From positions 288,001 through 352,000 of the forward strand of contig CAWCBP010000004.1 of NCBI GenBank assembly GCA_963793865.1: a stretch of DNA of 64,000 nucleotides, in the 5' to 3' direction. Both the position numbers and the translations under genes were made by a program. Below, piece by piece: positions 38,960 through 48,332 of the stretch; positions within the stretch are counted from its first letter, which is position 1; each line of letters begins with the position of its first letter. This DNA is from an uncultured delta proteobacterium. GTDB taxonomy: Bacteria; Desulfobacterota; WTBG01. Below the pieces are notes generated by a model that was not told where the DNA came from, ran no database searches, and saw only the letters and a list, made by a program, of their open reading frames with translations.

Positions 38960-38974
38960 GGCTGTGTCCTCGTG

Positions 38975-39655
38975 CTAGTAATTAATCGTGCCCTGCTTTC
39001 GTGCCAGTTCCCGCCCCCGGTCGATGAGCCGGAAGGCCGCCTGCTGCGCCAGCACCACGGCATCTTCCGTGGGAAGATAGGCGGGCAGGCTGGCATCGAA
39101 CAGGATCCGCGCCTCAGGCGGAAATTCCTCATCCCCGTTCCAGAAAAGAAATGCCATGGGGACTTTGGGGAGAGCGGCAATGATGACACCCCGGTCACCC
39201 GCGGGCGCCTTTGTTCCTCCCAGGGCGCGACCGGCCTCTTCAAAAAGATCCTCCCGCTGCGCAAAAAAATCGAGCAGCGGCTTTTGAGATCTCCTGTCGA
39301 AAGCCGGGTAATACATGTCCCCGCCGGACAATTGTCGGAAGCTGATCCACTCACCGGCAAGCGGGCTGCCCTGCGCCTGTATAAGGTAATGCAGAATGAC
39401 GAGCCTGCTCCAGAGGGGAACCTCCCCTCCTTCGCCCTGATAGGTTACCGTTATGTCGGGAAAATGTATGAGGCAGTATTGATTGAAAAAATTGAGCTTG
39501 ACCAGGCAGCGCCCGTCATCTTTTTTCTCAAAAAAAGCCCCGCTTTTTCCTGCCCGCTCCTCTATGTCGGCACTTCTTAAAACCTCGCAGGCCAACGTAA
39601 AAGCATGGTCGTACGGTGATCCGGCAGGGTTGATTCCCGCATTGCGCGTGTCCAT
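38975..39655 (-). CDS. DUF3786 domain protein, first gene of the nuo operon
   Basis: ILHYL..PLAGEWISFRQLSGG.MY..F..LPKVPM..FW.GDEEFPPEARILFD..YLPTED. Confidence 0.8.
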   Translation of the reverse strand: MDTRNAGINPAGSPYDHAFTLACEVLRSADIEERAGKSGAFFEKKDDGRCLVKLNFFNQYCLIHFPDITVTYQGEGGEVPLWSRLVILHYLIQAQGSPLAGEWISFRQLSGGDMYYPAFDRRSQKPLLDFFAQREDLFEEAGRALGGTKAPAGDRGVIIAALPKVPMAFLFWNGDEEFPPEARILFDASLPAYLPTEDAVVLAQQAAFRLIDRGRELARKQGTINY

Positions 39656-39761
39656 GCGTTTTATGGCATCATTGCCCGAGAAAAAAGCTCTCTGCCGAGT
39701 AGAAATTTTCAGCTTGAAAAAATAGCGGATTTATAATAAAAACATGAAAAATTGATGAAAA

Positions 39762-39790
39762 TTTCTAGCATATGTATATTTCCCTGTCAA
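39762..39790 (-). promoter_or_regulatory. Candidate sigma70 promoter for the DUF3786-nuo operon
   Basis: Minus strand TTGACA-17bp-TAGAAA with TG at the extended -10 position. Confidence 0.5.
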
Positions 39791-39944
39791 GGCATTTCCT
39801 CTGTGATTACAACCGCGGCAGAGAAGCTGACTGTATCGTTTTAGAATGGGTGTGAATGGTCACTGAAATCGATGCCGGTGCTGTTGGCCACAACGCGGCG
39901 TCACCCCTTTCCGGTCATATTACACAATGTAAAGGAGGCAGGCT

Positions 39945-40766
39945 GTGTACAAGGTACTTGACAAGCAGAAGCTGGCATCCACGGTTACCCTGCTTAAACT
40001 GCAGGCGCCGGAAATCGCCAAAAAGGTCAGGCCGGGCCAATTTGTCATCATACGATTGAATGAGCCGGGCGAACGCATTCCCCTCACGGTCAATGATTTT
40101 GACCGGGAGCAGGGCACCTTAACCATTGTGTTCCAGGAGGTGGGTAAGACGACAAAACTGCTGGGCAGGCTCAGCATCGGCGACAGCATAACCGACCTGG
40201 TGGGTCCGCTGGGCAGGCATACGGAAATTGAAAAATTCGGGAAAGTCATCTGCATCGGCGGGGGCGTGGGGACGGCGGTCATTTATCCCGTCACCCGGGC
40301 CCTTCACCAGGCGGGAAACGAGGTAACCGGCATCGTCGGCGCCCGCACCAAAGACCTGCTCACCTTCACCGGGGAGATGGAGGCGGTCACCAACCGGCTT
40401 ATCATCACCACCGATGACGGATCCATGGGCAGGCACGGTTTGGTCACCGATCCCCTCAAGGAGATCCTGGAGAGCGGGGAAAAGATCGACCGCGTTATCG
40501 CCATCGGTCCTGCCGTGATGATGAAGTTCGTCTGCAAGACCACCGAGCCCTTCAAGGTCAAGACCATCGTCAGCCTGAATCCCATCATGCTCGACGCCAC
40601 GGGCATGTGCGGGGTGTGCAGGGTGCTGGTGGGAGGCGAAACCAAATTCGGGTGCGTGGACGGACCGGAGTTTGACGGTCATAAAGTGGATTTTGACCTG
40701 CTTATCAAACGGCTCAATCAATATCTGGCGGAAGAAAAGATCTCACTGGCAGCCATAGAAGGCTAA
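39945..40766 (+). CDS. nfnA: NADH-dependent reduced ferredoxin:NADP oxidoreductase, small subunit
   Basis: PGQFVIIR..GERIPLT, GPLG, GGGVG, DATGMCGVCRV..CVDGPEFDG. Confidence 0.92.
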   Translation: MYKVLDKQKLASTVTLLKLQAPEIAKKVRPGQFVIIRLNEPGERIPLTVNDFDREQGTLTIVFQEVGKTTKLLGRLSIGDSITDLVGPLGRHTEIEKFGKVICIGGGVGTAVIYPVTRALHQAGNEVTGIVGARTKDLLTFTGEMEAVTNRLIITTDDGSMGRHGLVTDPLKEILESGEKIDRVIAIGPAVMMKFVCKTTEPFKVKTIVSLNPIMLDATGMCGVCRVLVGGETKFGCVDGPEFDGHKVDFDLLIKRLNQYLAEEKISLAAIEG

Positions 40767-40829
40767 GATGAGGGTCCGGGCATCAAGTGTAAATCGACCG
40801 TTATCACCAGCGATTAAAAGGAGAAACGC

Positions 40830-42248
40830 ATGGCGGCGGAAGGAAAAGAGAAAAAGAAGATCAACCCGAAGCGGGTGCACATGGCGGAGCAGCCGGCGGA
40901 GGAGCGGGTTAAAAACTTCAGGGAAGTCCCCCTCGGATATACCGAAGCTGAAGCAGCGGAGGAGGCGCGCCGCTGTCTGCAGTGCAAAAAGCCCGCCTGC
41001 TCAACCGGCTGCCCGGTGGAAATAGACATTCCCGCATTCATCAGCCTGGTGGCGGAAAAAAAATTCGCTGAAGCGGCAAAAAAAATAAAAGAAACCAACA
41101 GCCTGCCGGCCGTGTGCGGCAGGGTCTGCCCCCAGGAAATCCAGTGCGAGTCCCGGTGCGTGGTGGGAAAGAAAGGCGAGCCGGTTGCCATCGGCAGGCT
41201 GGAGCGGTTTGTTGCCGACTGGGAGCGGGAAAAGGGAAAAGTGGAACCTCCTCCCCGGCCCCGGCCGAAACATAAAAAGGTGGCCGTGATCGGCTCCGGT
41301 CCCGCGGGCCTGACCGTTGCCTCCGACCTGGTTAAGCTGGGCTACGCCGTAACCCTCTTTGAGGCACTGCACAAGACGGGAGGGGTGCTGGTGTACGGCA
41401 TACCTGAATTCAGGCTCCCCAAGGCCATCGTGCAGGCCGAGGTTGATTTCGTGGAAAGCCTGGGGGTGGAGATTAAAACCAACGCCCTCATGGGCACCCT
41501 TTATACCGTTCCCGAGCTGATGGAGATGGGCTACGAGGCCGTTTTCATCGGCATCGGCGCCGGGGGGCCCATGTTCATGAACATCCCCGGGGAGGCCCTC
41601 AACGGGGTTTATTCCGCCAACGAGTTTCTCACCCGCTCCAACCTGATGAAGGCCTACCTCTTTCCCGCATACGACACCCCCATCAAGAAGAGCAAAAAGG
41701 TGGCCGTGGTGGGAGCAGGAAACGTGGCCATGGATTCGGTCAGGACCGCCATACGGCTGGGGGCGGAGGAGGTCTACCTTGTCTACCGGCGCTCCGAACA
41801 GGAGATGCCGGCCCGCGTCGAAGAGATCGAGCGGGCAAAAGAGGAGGGCGCCATTTTCAGGCTGCTTACCAATCCCGTCAGAATCATCGGCGATGACAAG
41901 GGATGGGTAACCTCCATGGAATGCATCCGCATGGAGCTTGGCGAGCCCGATGACTCCGGGAGGCGGAGGCCGGTGCCGGTTAAGGGGTCTGAATTCACCA
42001 TAGAAGTCGACTCCATCATCATGGCGCTGGGCACCAATGCCAACCCGCTGCTCCCCCGGTCGACACCCGGCCTCAAGCTGAACAAATGGGGCTATATCAT
42101 GACCGATGAAGAAACCTGCGGGAGCAGCATCAGGGGGGTCTACGCGGGTGGAGATATCGTCACCGGATCCGCCACCGTCATTCTGGCCATGGGCGCGGGC
42201 CGCAAAGCGGCACGGGCAATCGATAAATACTTGAGCGGCACCGAGTGA
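40830..42248 (+). CDS. nfnB: Nfn large subunit (GltD-like)
   Basis: RCLQCKKPACSTGCPV, GRVCPQEIQCESRC, GSGPAGL, YGIPEFRLPK, GAGNVAMD, YRRS, GDIVTGSATVILAMG; adjacent to nfnA with no gltB nearby. Confidence 0.92.
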   Translation: MAAEGKEKKKINPKRVHMAEQPAEERVKNFREVPLGYTEAEAAEEARRCLQCKKPACSTGCPVEIDIPAFISLVAEKKFAEAAKKIKETNSLPAVCGRVCPQEIQCESRCVVGKKGEPVAIGRLERFVADWEREKGKVEPPPRPRPKHKKVAVIGSGPAGLTVASDLVKLGYAVTLFEALHKTGGVLVYGIPEFRLPKAIVQAEVDFVESLGVEIKTNALMGTLYTVPELMEMGYEAVFIGIGAGGPMFMNIPGEALNGVYSANEFLTRSNLMKAYLFPAYDTPIKKSKKVAVVGAGNVAMDSVRTAIRLGAEEVYLVYRRSEQEMPARVEEIERAKEEGAIFRLLTNPVRIIGDDKGWVTSMECIRMELGEPDDSGRRRPVPVKGSEFTIEVDSIIMALGTNANPLLPRSTPGLKLNKWGYIMTDEETCGSSIRGVYAGGDIVTGSATVILAMGAGRKAARAIDKYLSGTE

Positions 42249-42276
42249 GGAAAGCCCCCACTGCACCATCCGTCTG

Positions 42277-42309
42277 AAGGGGAGCCGGAAATGCCCGGCT
42301 TCCCTTTTT
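42277..42309 (+). terminator. Rho-independent terminator after nfnB
   Basis: GGGAGCCGG-AAATGC-CCGGCTTCCC-TTTTT. Confidence 0.8.
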
Positions 42310-42347
42310 ATCTGTATCGCCGGCCAAGCAAGCACCCGCCATTTCCA

Positions 42348-42376
42348 TTGACACTTCAGAAATTATATTTTAGTCT
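42348..42376 (+). promoter_or_regulatory. sigma70-type promoter
   Basis: TTGACA-17bp-TAGTCT; AGGAGG SD before the ATG at 42418. Confidence 0.65.
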
Positions 42377-42417
42377 TAATTGAGAGGTTCGTTTTAACCA
42401 TTTTATCAGGAGGAGCC

Positions 42418-42903
42418 ATGGTTAAAAGAGCATTGCCCTTCAAGCTGCTGCCCTTCCTTTGCTCCTGCATGCTGGTTTTGAGCTGCCTCAGGGCTCAATC
42501 ACCCGAATTACCCTACAGCAATCAGCAGAAGAGCAATCTGACCGCCGGCATGGTCAAGAAATATGTCAAAGTCGGTGTTGCCACCCAGACCGAGATTATC
42601 TCGGTTTTCGGCGCCCCCAACATCATCACCCGTGACAAGGACGGCAAAGAGGTGTGGACCTACGACAAGCAGAGCATGGCCTCCGCGTCAGAAGTTGCGG
42701 AATGGAACGCCTCCGGGGGGGCCGGGGCCATCGCGGGAGGATTGGCGGGAGATGCGGCCATCGGCGGCGGGGTAACTGCAGGCGGTTCTGCAGGCAAGAG
42801 CAGCAGCGCAGGACAGATCAGCAGCGCCACCTTCACGCTGATGATACAGTTTGACGACAGCGACGTGGTGAAGGACTACCGCATGATGGCAACCCAGTTC
42901 TAA
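42418..42903 (+). CDS. SmpA/OmlA(BamE)-like lipoprotein
   Basis: Lipobox-like LVLSC; VGVATQTEIISVFGAPNI..EVWTY..LMIQFD..VKDY. Confidence 0.7.
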   Translation: MVKRALPFKLLPFLCSCMLVLSCLRAQSPELPYSNQQKSNLTAGMVKKYVKVGVATQTEIISVFGAPNIITRDKDGKEVWTYDKQSMASASEVAEWNASGGAGAIAGGLAGDAAIGGGVTAGGSAGKSSSAGQISSATFTLMIQFDDSDVVKDYRMMATQF

Positions 42904-42937
42904 CAGGCTGTTGAAAAACCACTTTTTCAACAACCTG
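42904..42937. repeat. Minimal inverted-repeat remnant of the AGGCTGTTGAAAAA element
   Basis: CAGGCTGTTGAAAAA-CCAC-TTTTTCAACAACCTG directly after a TAA stop codon. Confidence 0.7.
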
Positions 42938-42960
42938 CTAAAGAGGATCCCGCTGCCGCA

Positions 42961-43587
42961 ATGAAAACAGCCTGTTCATTTCTCCTGCTGGTTTTGACAA
43001 GCATTTCCCTTGCGTCGGGCTGTGGCCAGAACAAATCCCGTTTGCAGCCACCTCCGCCGCTCTCCATTCAGCAGCGAGCAGCCATGCAGACGAAAGAGCT
43101 GGAGGGTGACTTCGACACGGGATTTGCCGCAACCATTTCAGTGCTGCAGGATGAAGGGTGGCAAATCGAAGTAGTCGACAAATCGAGCGGGATTATCCAG
43201 GCCGTTTCCCTCAAGCACCAGGACATCATCGGCCCGCATGAGGACTGGTATGCGGAGAAGGATGCCGGCTACCGGGATGATATACTAAAAGAATCGAAGG
43301 ACCGGAAAATGCCCCTGTCCGAGTGGAACCGGTGGGAGCAGCTCACCTGCCATATCGAAGCCTGGGGTGAAAACCGGATCCGGCAACGGATGACCATTAC
43401 CGCATTCGGCTCTCTTCCGGCCAACACCTTCAGCTATGCCGAGAAGAAAAAGGATAAGCAGAACATTGTAACCTCCGGCGGCAAAGAGCAGTCCCGTATA
43501 GTGGAAGATCCTGCGCGCTATCAATATCTCTTCCAGCAGATACAGCGCGCCGTCTTTATCCGCCAGGGGCTCAAGAGCTACCGCTAA
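42961..43587 (+). CDS. Hypothetical lipoprotein
   Basis: LASGC lipobox; AMQTKE..FAATISVLQDEGWQI..D..SGII..YQYLFQQI. Confidence 0.7.
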   Translation: MKTACSFLLLVLTSISLASGCGQNKSRLQPPPPLSIQQRAAMQTKELEGDFDTGFAATISVLQDEGWQIEVVDKSSGIIQAVSLKHQDIIGPHEDWYAEKDAGYRDDILKESKDRKMPLSEWNRWEQLTCHIEAWGENRIRQRMTITAFGSLPANTFSYAEKKKDKQNIVTSGGKEQSRIVEDPARYQYLFQQIQRAVFIRQGLKSYR

Positions 43588-43610
43588 CCTTTCACAGATA
43601 CAGAGGACAT

Positions 43611-45287
43611 ATGCGAAACACTACTGACACATTCGGATCTTCCGATATGCCAAAAACACGGACGTTTCTGAACTGCTGTGTGCCCCTGTTTGTTCTTGCG
43701 CTCGGCCTTGTGCTGTCCGGTTGTTCGGTCAGCGAAACCTACATGGTTCCCATGAGAGACAAAGTCAAGCTGGCCACCGATGTATACCTGCCGCCCGGCG
43801 GCAGGGGCGCCTGGCCGGTGCTCCTGATCAGGACACCCTACGGCAGGGAGGAAAGCGAGTCGCTGTTCAGGTTCGCCGACGAGTACGCCATTGTCATACA
43901 GGATGTGCGGGGACGCTTTGACTCAGAGGGTGAGTACCGGCCTTTCCTGGACGATGGCTGGGGAGACAAAAAGGACGGATACGATACGGTGGCCTGGATA
44001 CGCAGGCAGACCTGGTGCAACGGGAAGATAGGAACCGCCGGTCAGTCCGCTGAAGGCATTACCCAGCACCTGATGGCAGGAACTGCGCCGCCCGGCCTTA
44101 CCTGTCAGTTCATCCGCTTTACGCCCACAGACAATTACTCGCAGATTGTTTTTCAGGGCGGCGCCTTTAACCAGGCCCAGGTTACCGGCTGGTTGGACCG
44201 GCAGGAGGCAAGCTTTTTTCTCGATACCTATAAAGCGCACCCCTCCTACGACTCCTTCTGGGATTTGGGAAACGTTGAAATCAGGGCAAACGTGGTCAGG
44301 GCGCCGGCGCTGCACGTGGGAGGCTGGTACGACATGGCACTGAAGGGGGCCATCAATGGATTTCTCACCCGTCAATATGAGGGGGCCAGGGGCGCCCGGG
44401 GAAACCAGAGGCTTGTCATCGGCCCCTGGACCCATTCAGGATACAGTTCAAGGGAGCAGGGAGAGATTACCTTCCCGCCGAGCTCGGTCCTCGATCAGAA
44501 TGAGTTGTTCAAAAGTTGGATTGACTACTGGCTCAAAGGTGAAGATACAGGCATTATGGACCCGGATCCCGTTTACTACTACGTCATGGGCGATGCCCGG
44601 GATTATGAGGCGCCGGGCCACGAGTGGAGGTACGCGGCAACCTGGCCGCCCTTTGATGTGCCCCCGACCGCCTACTACCTGCACCCGGCGGGTGTCCTCT
44701 CGCCCGATGCGGCCGCCGCGGGGGCTTTTTCCTCCTCCTATCGCTTCGACCCCGAAGATCCCGTTCCTTCACAGGGCGGCACAAATCTCGATCTCACCAT
44801 AGCGGCAGGGCCTTATGACCAGTCGAATCTTGAAGGCCGCCCGGATGTGGTGGTCTTTTCAACCGAGATCCTTGAGGCGCCGCTGGAAGTGACCGGTGAC
44901 CTGAAAGTCGTTTTATATGCTTCATCCGACGCCCTGGACACCGACTTTACCGCCAAGCTCACTGACGTCTACCCTGAAGGTCAATCCATGCTCATAGCCG
45001 ACGGCATTATTCGAGCCCGCTATCGCAACACCTTCACCACCCCCGAGCTTATGACGCCGGGGACCGTGTACCGGTTTGAGATCGATCTCTGGGCCACCAG
45101 CATCGTCGTCAACACCGGCCACCGCCTCCGCCTTGCCGTATCCAGCAGCAACAACCCCCGGTTTGACGTCAATCCCAACACCGGGGGGGACACCTTTGAC
45201 AAGGAGAACATGATCACCGCCACCAACACCATCTACTATAACAGCACCTATCCCTCGCATATCCTGCTGCCGGTTGTTTCCCCGTAA
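43611..45287 (+). CDS. CocE/NonD family hydrolase (lipoprotein)
   Basis: MVPMRDKVKLATDVYLP, IRTPYG, QDVRGRFDSEG, GQSAEG nucleophile elbow, GGWYD, IGPWTH, GHRLRLAVSSSN.PRF. Confidence 0.93.
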   Translation: MRNTTDTFGSSDMPKTRTFLNCCVPLFVLALGLVLSGCSVSETYMVPMRDKVKLATDVYLPPGGRGAWPVLLIRTPYGREESESLFRFADEYAIVIQDVRGRFDSEGEYRPFLDDGWGDKKDGYDTVAWIRRQTWCNGKIGTAGQSAEGITQHLMAGTAPPGLTCQFIRFTPTDNYSQIVFQGGAFNQAQVTGWLDRQEASFFLDTYKAHPSYDSFWDLGNVEIRANVVRAPALHVGGWYDMALKGAINGFLTRQYEGARGARGNQRLVIGPWTHSGYSSREQGEITFPPSSVLDQNELFKSWIDYWLKGEDTGIMDPDPVYYYVMGDARDYEAPGHEWRYAATWPPFDVPPTAYYLHPAGVLSPDAAAAGAFSSSYRFDPEDPVPSQGGTNLDLTIAAGPYDQSNLEGRPDVVVFSTEILEAPLEVTGDLKVVLYASSDALDTDFTAKLTDVYPEGQSMLIADGIIRARYRNTFTTPELMTPGTVYRFEIDLWATSIVVNTGHRLRLAVSSSNNPRFDVNPNTGGDTFDKENMITATNTIYYNSTYPSHILLPVVSP

Positions 45288-45386
45288 ATACTGAAGGGAA
45301 ATAAACAGGCGCGACCGGTCGGTTGCACCTTCATGTGGATACGATGTGGATCCCTGCTTTCGAGGGGATGACAACCAGTCAGGGGG

Positions 45387-45434
45387 AAAAGAAGCATCCC
45401 ATTCCCGCAACGGGGGATGAGATGCTTCTTTTTT
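45387..45434. terminator. Bidirectional terminator between convergent genes
   Basis: AAAAGAAGCATC..GATGCTTCTTTTTT. Confidence 0.75.
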
Positions 45435-45487
45435 AATGCTTCGCAGCGCCCTCAGGGGCGCGGGGTTTTATTCGTATTCCTCTGATC

Positions 45488-47857
45488 TCACACCGCTATA
45501 AGCCGGTCCTTTACCATTATCCCTTCCTTGACCAGATTAAGAACCTGGTCCACCTGGAACGGCTTGTGAACGACAAGGTTTACGCCGCTGCTGTGCATGG
45601 CTGCATCGTCCAGCACCACATTCCATCCGGTGACGAGGGCAATGGGAACACATTTGTTCATCTGCCTGATCTTCCCCGCCACCTCCCAGCCGGACATCAC
45701 CGGCATGCCAAGGTCGGTAAGGACAAGGTCATAGGCTTGCTTTTCAAACATCTCTATGCCTTCGCAGCCATTGTGGGCCATTTCCACATCATGGCCGGCA
45801 TCGCTGAGAATGTCACGCAGCAGCTCGCGCACATCCGCCTCGTCATCGATCACCAGAATCCTGGCTTTTTTATGCCTGCCCTGCATGGGTATAACTTTTT
45901 CCCGGAGATCTTCTTTCGTATCTGCTTTCCCGGAGATCGGCAGCTTGATGGTAAAGACAGTTCCTTTACCCTCCAAACTTTCAGCGGTAATAGTGCCATG
46001 ATGCCGGTTGATGATTCCGTAGGACACACTCAATCCCAGCCCGGTGGATTGAGGACCTTTGGTGGTAAAGAAGGGGTCAAAAATTCTGCCTTTTATGCTG
46101 AGGGGAATACCGCCCCCGGTATCCTCAATGGTGATTTCCGCCCACTCAGTATTCATGCAGGATTGTACCCTTATTTCACCGCCCCGGGGCAGGGCATCAA
46201 CGGCGTTGTTTATCAGATTGGTAAACACCTCCCTGAGCTCCGAGGCGCTTCCCATGATGGGGGGAAGGCTGGAAAGCGCTTTGCTAATCTCGATTTTTAT
46301 CCCCCGGGACTGGACCTCGTCCGCCCACTTGACCTTGGTAAATTCCAGAGCGTTTTCTATCAGTTCATTGATATCAACCTGCACAAAATCCTTTTGATCG
46401 CTTCTCCGTCTGCAGAACTCCTGGATTCGCCTGACTGTCTCCGCGCCATCCAGTGAAGCCCGCTCAATTATTTCAAGGCCTTTCTCCAGATCAATCGCCG
46501 AGCCCCTTTTTTCCGTCTTCCCCATGGGTGGGGCGAGCTGCTTTCGCAGCAACTGGACCCGTCCCAGAATGGCGGCGAGAATATTATTGAAGTCGTGCGC
46601 GACCCCTCCCGCCAGCTCGCCCAGTGATTTAAGCTTTTCCGACTGGAGAAGCTGCTGCTCCATCTTCTTTTTTTCCGTGACATCCCGGATGAAATTAACC
46701 CCTCCCACAATGGTGCTGTCTTTGTCTTTGAGAAGGGAGAGGTTAAACTCGACAAATATCTGCTGCCCGTCTTTTTTCAGCCAGACGGATTCCTGCCCGT
46801 AGATTTTTCCCTCTTCGAAAAGCAGTTCCATAATTTTAAGCGCCTGGGATCTGCTGCCATCGTCCCGGAGGGTAAACACGCCGGTATGCATTCCAAGCAG
46901 CTCTTCCCGCGTATAGCCCACCATCTCTTCCATGGCACCATTGACCATGGTGATGTTCCCCTTCGCATCGGTGACCATGATCGCGTCGGTCGAGGTTTGG
47001 AAGAGATTTTCCAGGAATTCCTTGGCCTCCCTGATTTCATTCTCCCGCTTCTTCCGTTCGGTAAGGTCCCTGATCACCCCGATGACCGTTTTGTTTTTCT
47101 TTCCGGTGAGCGAAAAGGAGATCTCGAGCGGAAAAAACGTGCCGTCCTTCCTGATCCCTTCTTCCTCAAACATGGAGGTCTTTGACCTGCCGTACTTCGC
47201 CACCTCGTCGAGCACCTCGTAATGTTTCGCCCAGTACTGCTCGGGGGTGAGCAGGCGGGGTGACTGGCCGATCAGCTCGTCTTTTTCATACCCGTACAGT
47301 TCTTCTGCCCTCCGGTTGATATCGGTGATCACATCTCCCTCAGCGACGATAATCCCCGCGTTGGCAAACTCAATAAGGTCGTGATAGCGCTCCTCCGACT
47401 TCAGTAGCTTCGACTCAACCTCCGCCAGTCGCTCCGCTACCTCCAGCTGCTCCACCACCCGCTTGACCACGGCTGGCAATACCGCGAGAAATTCCGCATC
47501 CTTCACCACAAAGTCACGCGCGCCGAGCTTCATCATTTCCACGGCCACTTTCACGTCAGCATGGCCGGTCATGATGATGAAGGGTATGCTGTGCTGCCGA
47601 TCGGCGAGGATTTCAATCACCCGCCGGCCAGACATGTCGGGCAGGCTATAGTCCAGCAGCATCAGCGCGTTGCGATTGGCGGCAACAAAGGCCAGGGCCG
47701 CCTCCCCGCTCGACGCAGCTTCCGTGTGATAGCCCTCGCGGCGGAGGTTTTTCTGGAGCAGGTGCGACAAGCCCTCCTCATCCTCCACCACAAAAATCAC
47801 CCGGTGTGTGCCGGTCTGATGCTTCCCCGTATCATCAGCGTGCTTCTGTTCTTCCAT
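45488..47857 (-). CDS. Hybrid sensor kinase REC-PAS-PAS-HisKA-HATPase-REC
   Basis: N-terminal REC (LLDYSLPD); GVAHDFNNIL; NLINNAVDA; FDPFFTTK..GLGLS; C-terminal REC (LTDLGMP). Confidence 0.93.
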   Translation of the reverse strand: MEEQKHADDTGKHQTGTHRVIFVVEDEEGLSHLLQKNLRREGYHTEAASSGEAALAFVAANRNALMLLDYSLPDMSGRRVIEILADRQHSIPFIIMTGHADVKVAVEMMKLGARDFVVKDAEFLAVLPAVVKRVVEQLEVAERLAEVESKLLKSEERYHDLIEFANAGIIVAEGDVITDINRRAEELYGYEKDELIGQSPRLLTPEQYWAKHYEVLDEVAKYGRSKTSMFEEEGIRKDGTFFPLEISFSLTGKKNKTVIGVIRDLTERKKRENEIREAKEFLENLFQTSTDAIMVTDAKGNITMVNGAMEEMVGYTREELLGMHTGVFTLRDDGSRSQALKIMELLFEEGKIYGQESVWLKKDGQQIFVEFNLSLLKDKDSTIVGGVNFIRDVTEKKKMEQQLLQSEKLKSLGELAGGVAHDFNNILAAILGRVQLLRKQLAPPMGKTEKRGSAIDLEKGLEIIERASLDGAETVRRIQEFCRRRSDQKDFVQVDINELIENALEFTKVKWADEVQSRGIKIEISKALSSLPPIMGSASELREVFTNLINNAVDALPRGGEIRVQSCMNTEWAEITIEDTGGGIPLSIKGRIFDPFFTTKGPQSTGLGLSVSYGIINRHHGTITAESLEGKGTVFTIKLPISGKADTKEDLREKVIPMQGRHKKARILVIDDEADVRELLRDILSDAGHDVEMAHNGCEGIEMFEKQAYDLVLTDLGMPVMSGWEVAGKIRQMNKCVPIALVTGWNVVLDDAAMHSSGVNLVVHKPFQVDQVLNLVKEGIMVKDRLIAV

Positions 47858-47867
47858 GGCCTGCTTC

Positions 47868-48308
47868 TTAATTGAGTTGCGGTACTTCCACGACCATCAG
47901 AAAGAGTCCGAGCTGCCGAATGGATTCAACAAATTTTTCATAATCAATGGGCTTGGTAATGTAATTGCTGCAGCCCAAGGTGTGGCAATTTTCCACCTCG
48001 CGCGGGTCGTCGGTGGTGGTGATCATGATCACCGGCATCTTGCGCAGTTCTTCGTGCCCCTTTACCTGGCGCAGCACCTCGACCCCGTCAACCTTGGGCA
48101 TGCGAATGTCCAGCAGCAGCATGTAGGCGACGTTTGGTTTGCGGTGCGGCCCTCCGCCGTTGCTCCCCACCAGGAAGTCGAGCGCCTCCGCTCCGTCCTT
48201 GAAGTGCACAATCTCATTTGAAATGCCCGCGCGCTTGAGGTTTTTCTTGATCAGCGCCGCATGCCCTTCATCATCCTCGGCGATCAGTATGACCACTTCT
48301 TTTTTCAT
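47868..48308 (-). CDS. Single-domain response regulator (Rcp1-like)
   Basis: ILIAEDD, LLLDIRMPKVDG, PVIMITTT, YITKP. Confidence 0.92.
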   Translation of the reverse strand: MKKEVVILIAEDDEGHAALIKKNLKRAGISNEIVHFKDGAEALDFLVGSNGGGPHRKPNVAYMLLLDIRMPKVDGVEVLRQVKGHEELRKMPVIMITTTDDPREVENCHTLGCSNYITKPIDYEKFVESIRQLGLFLMVVEVPQLN

Positions 48309-48332
48309 CGTCGTATGCTCCTTAAAGAATTG

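Noticed and set aside
39656..39944. Rex operator controlling nuo/nfn
   Set aside because: No convincing TTGTGAA-N4-TTCACAA match by eye; only weak AT-rich palindromes.
40830..42248. Glutamate synthase small subunit gltD
   Set aside because: No gltB is adjacent and an NfnA-type gene precedes it, so NfnB fits better.
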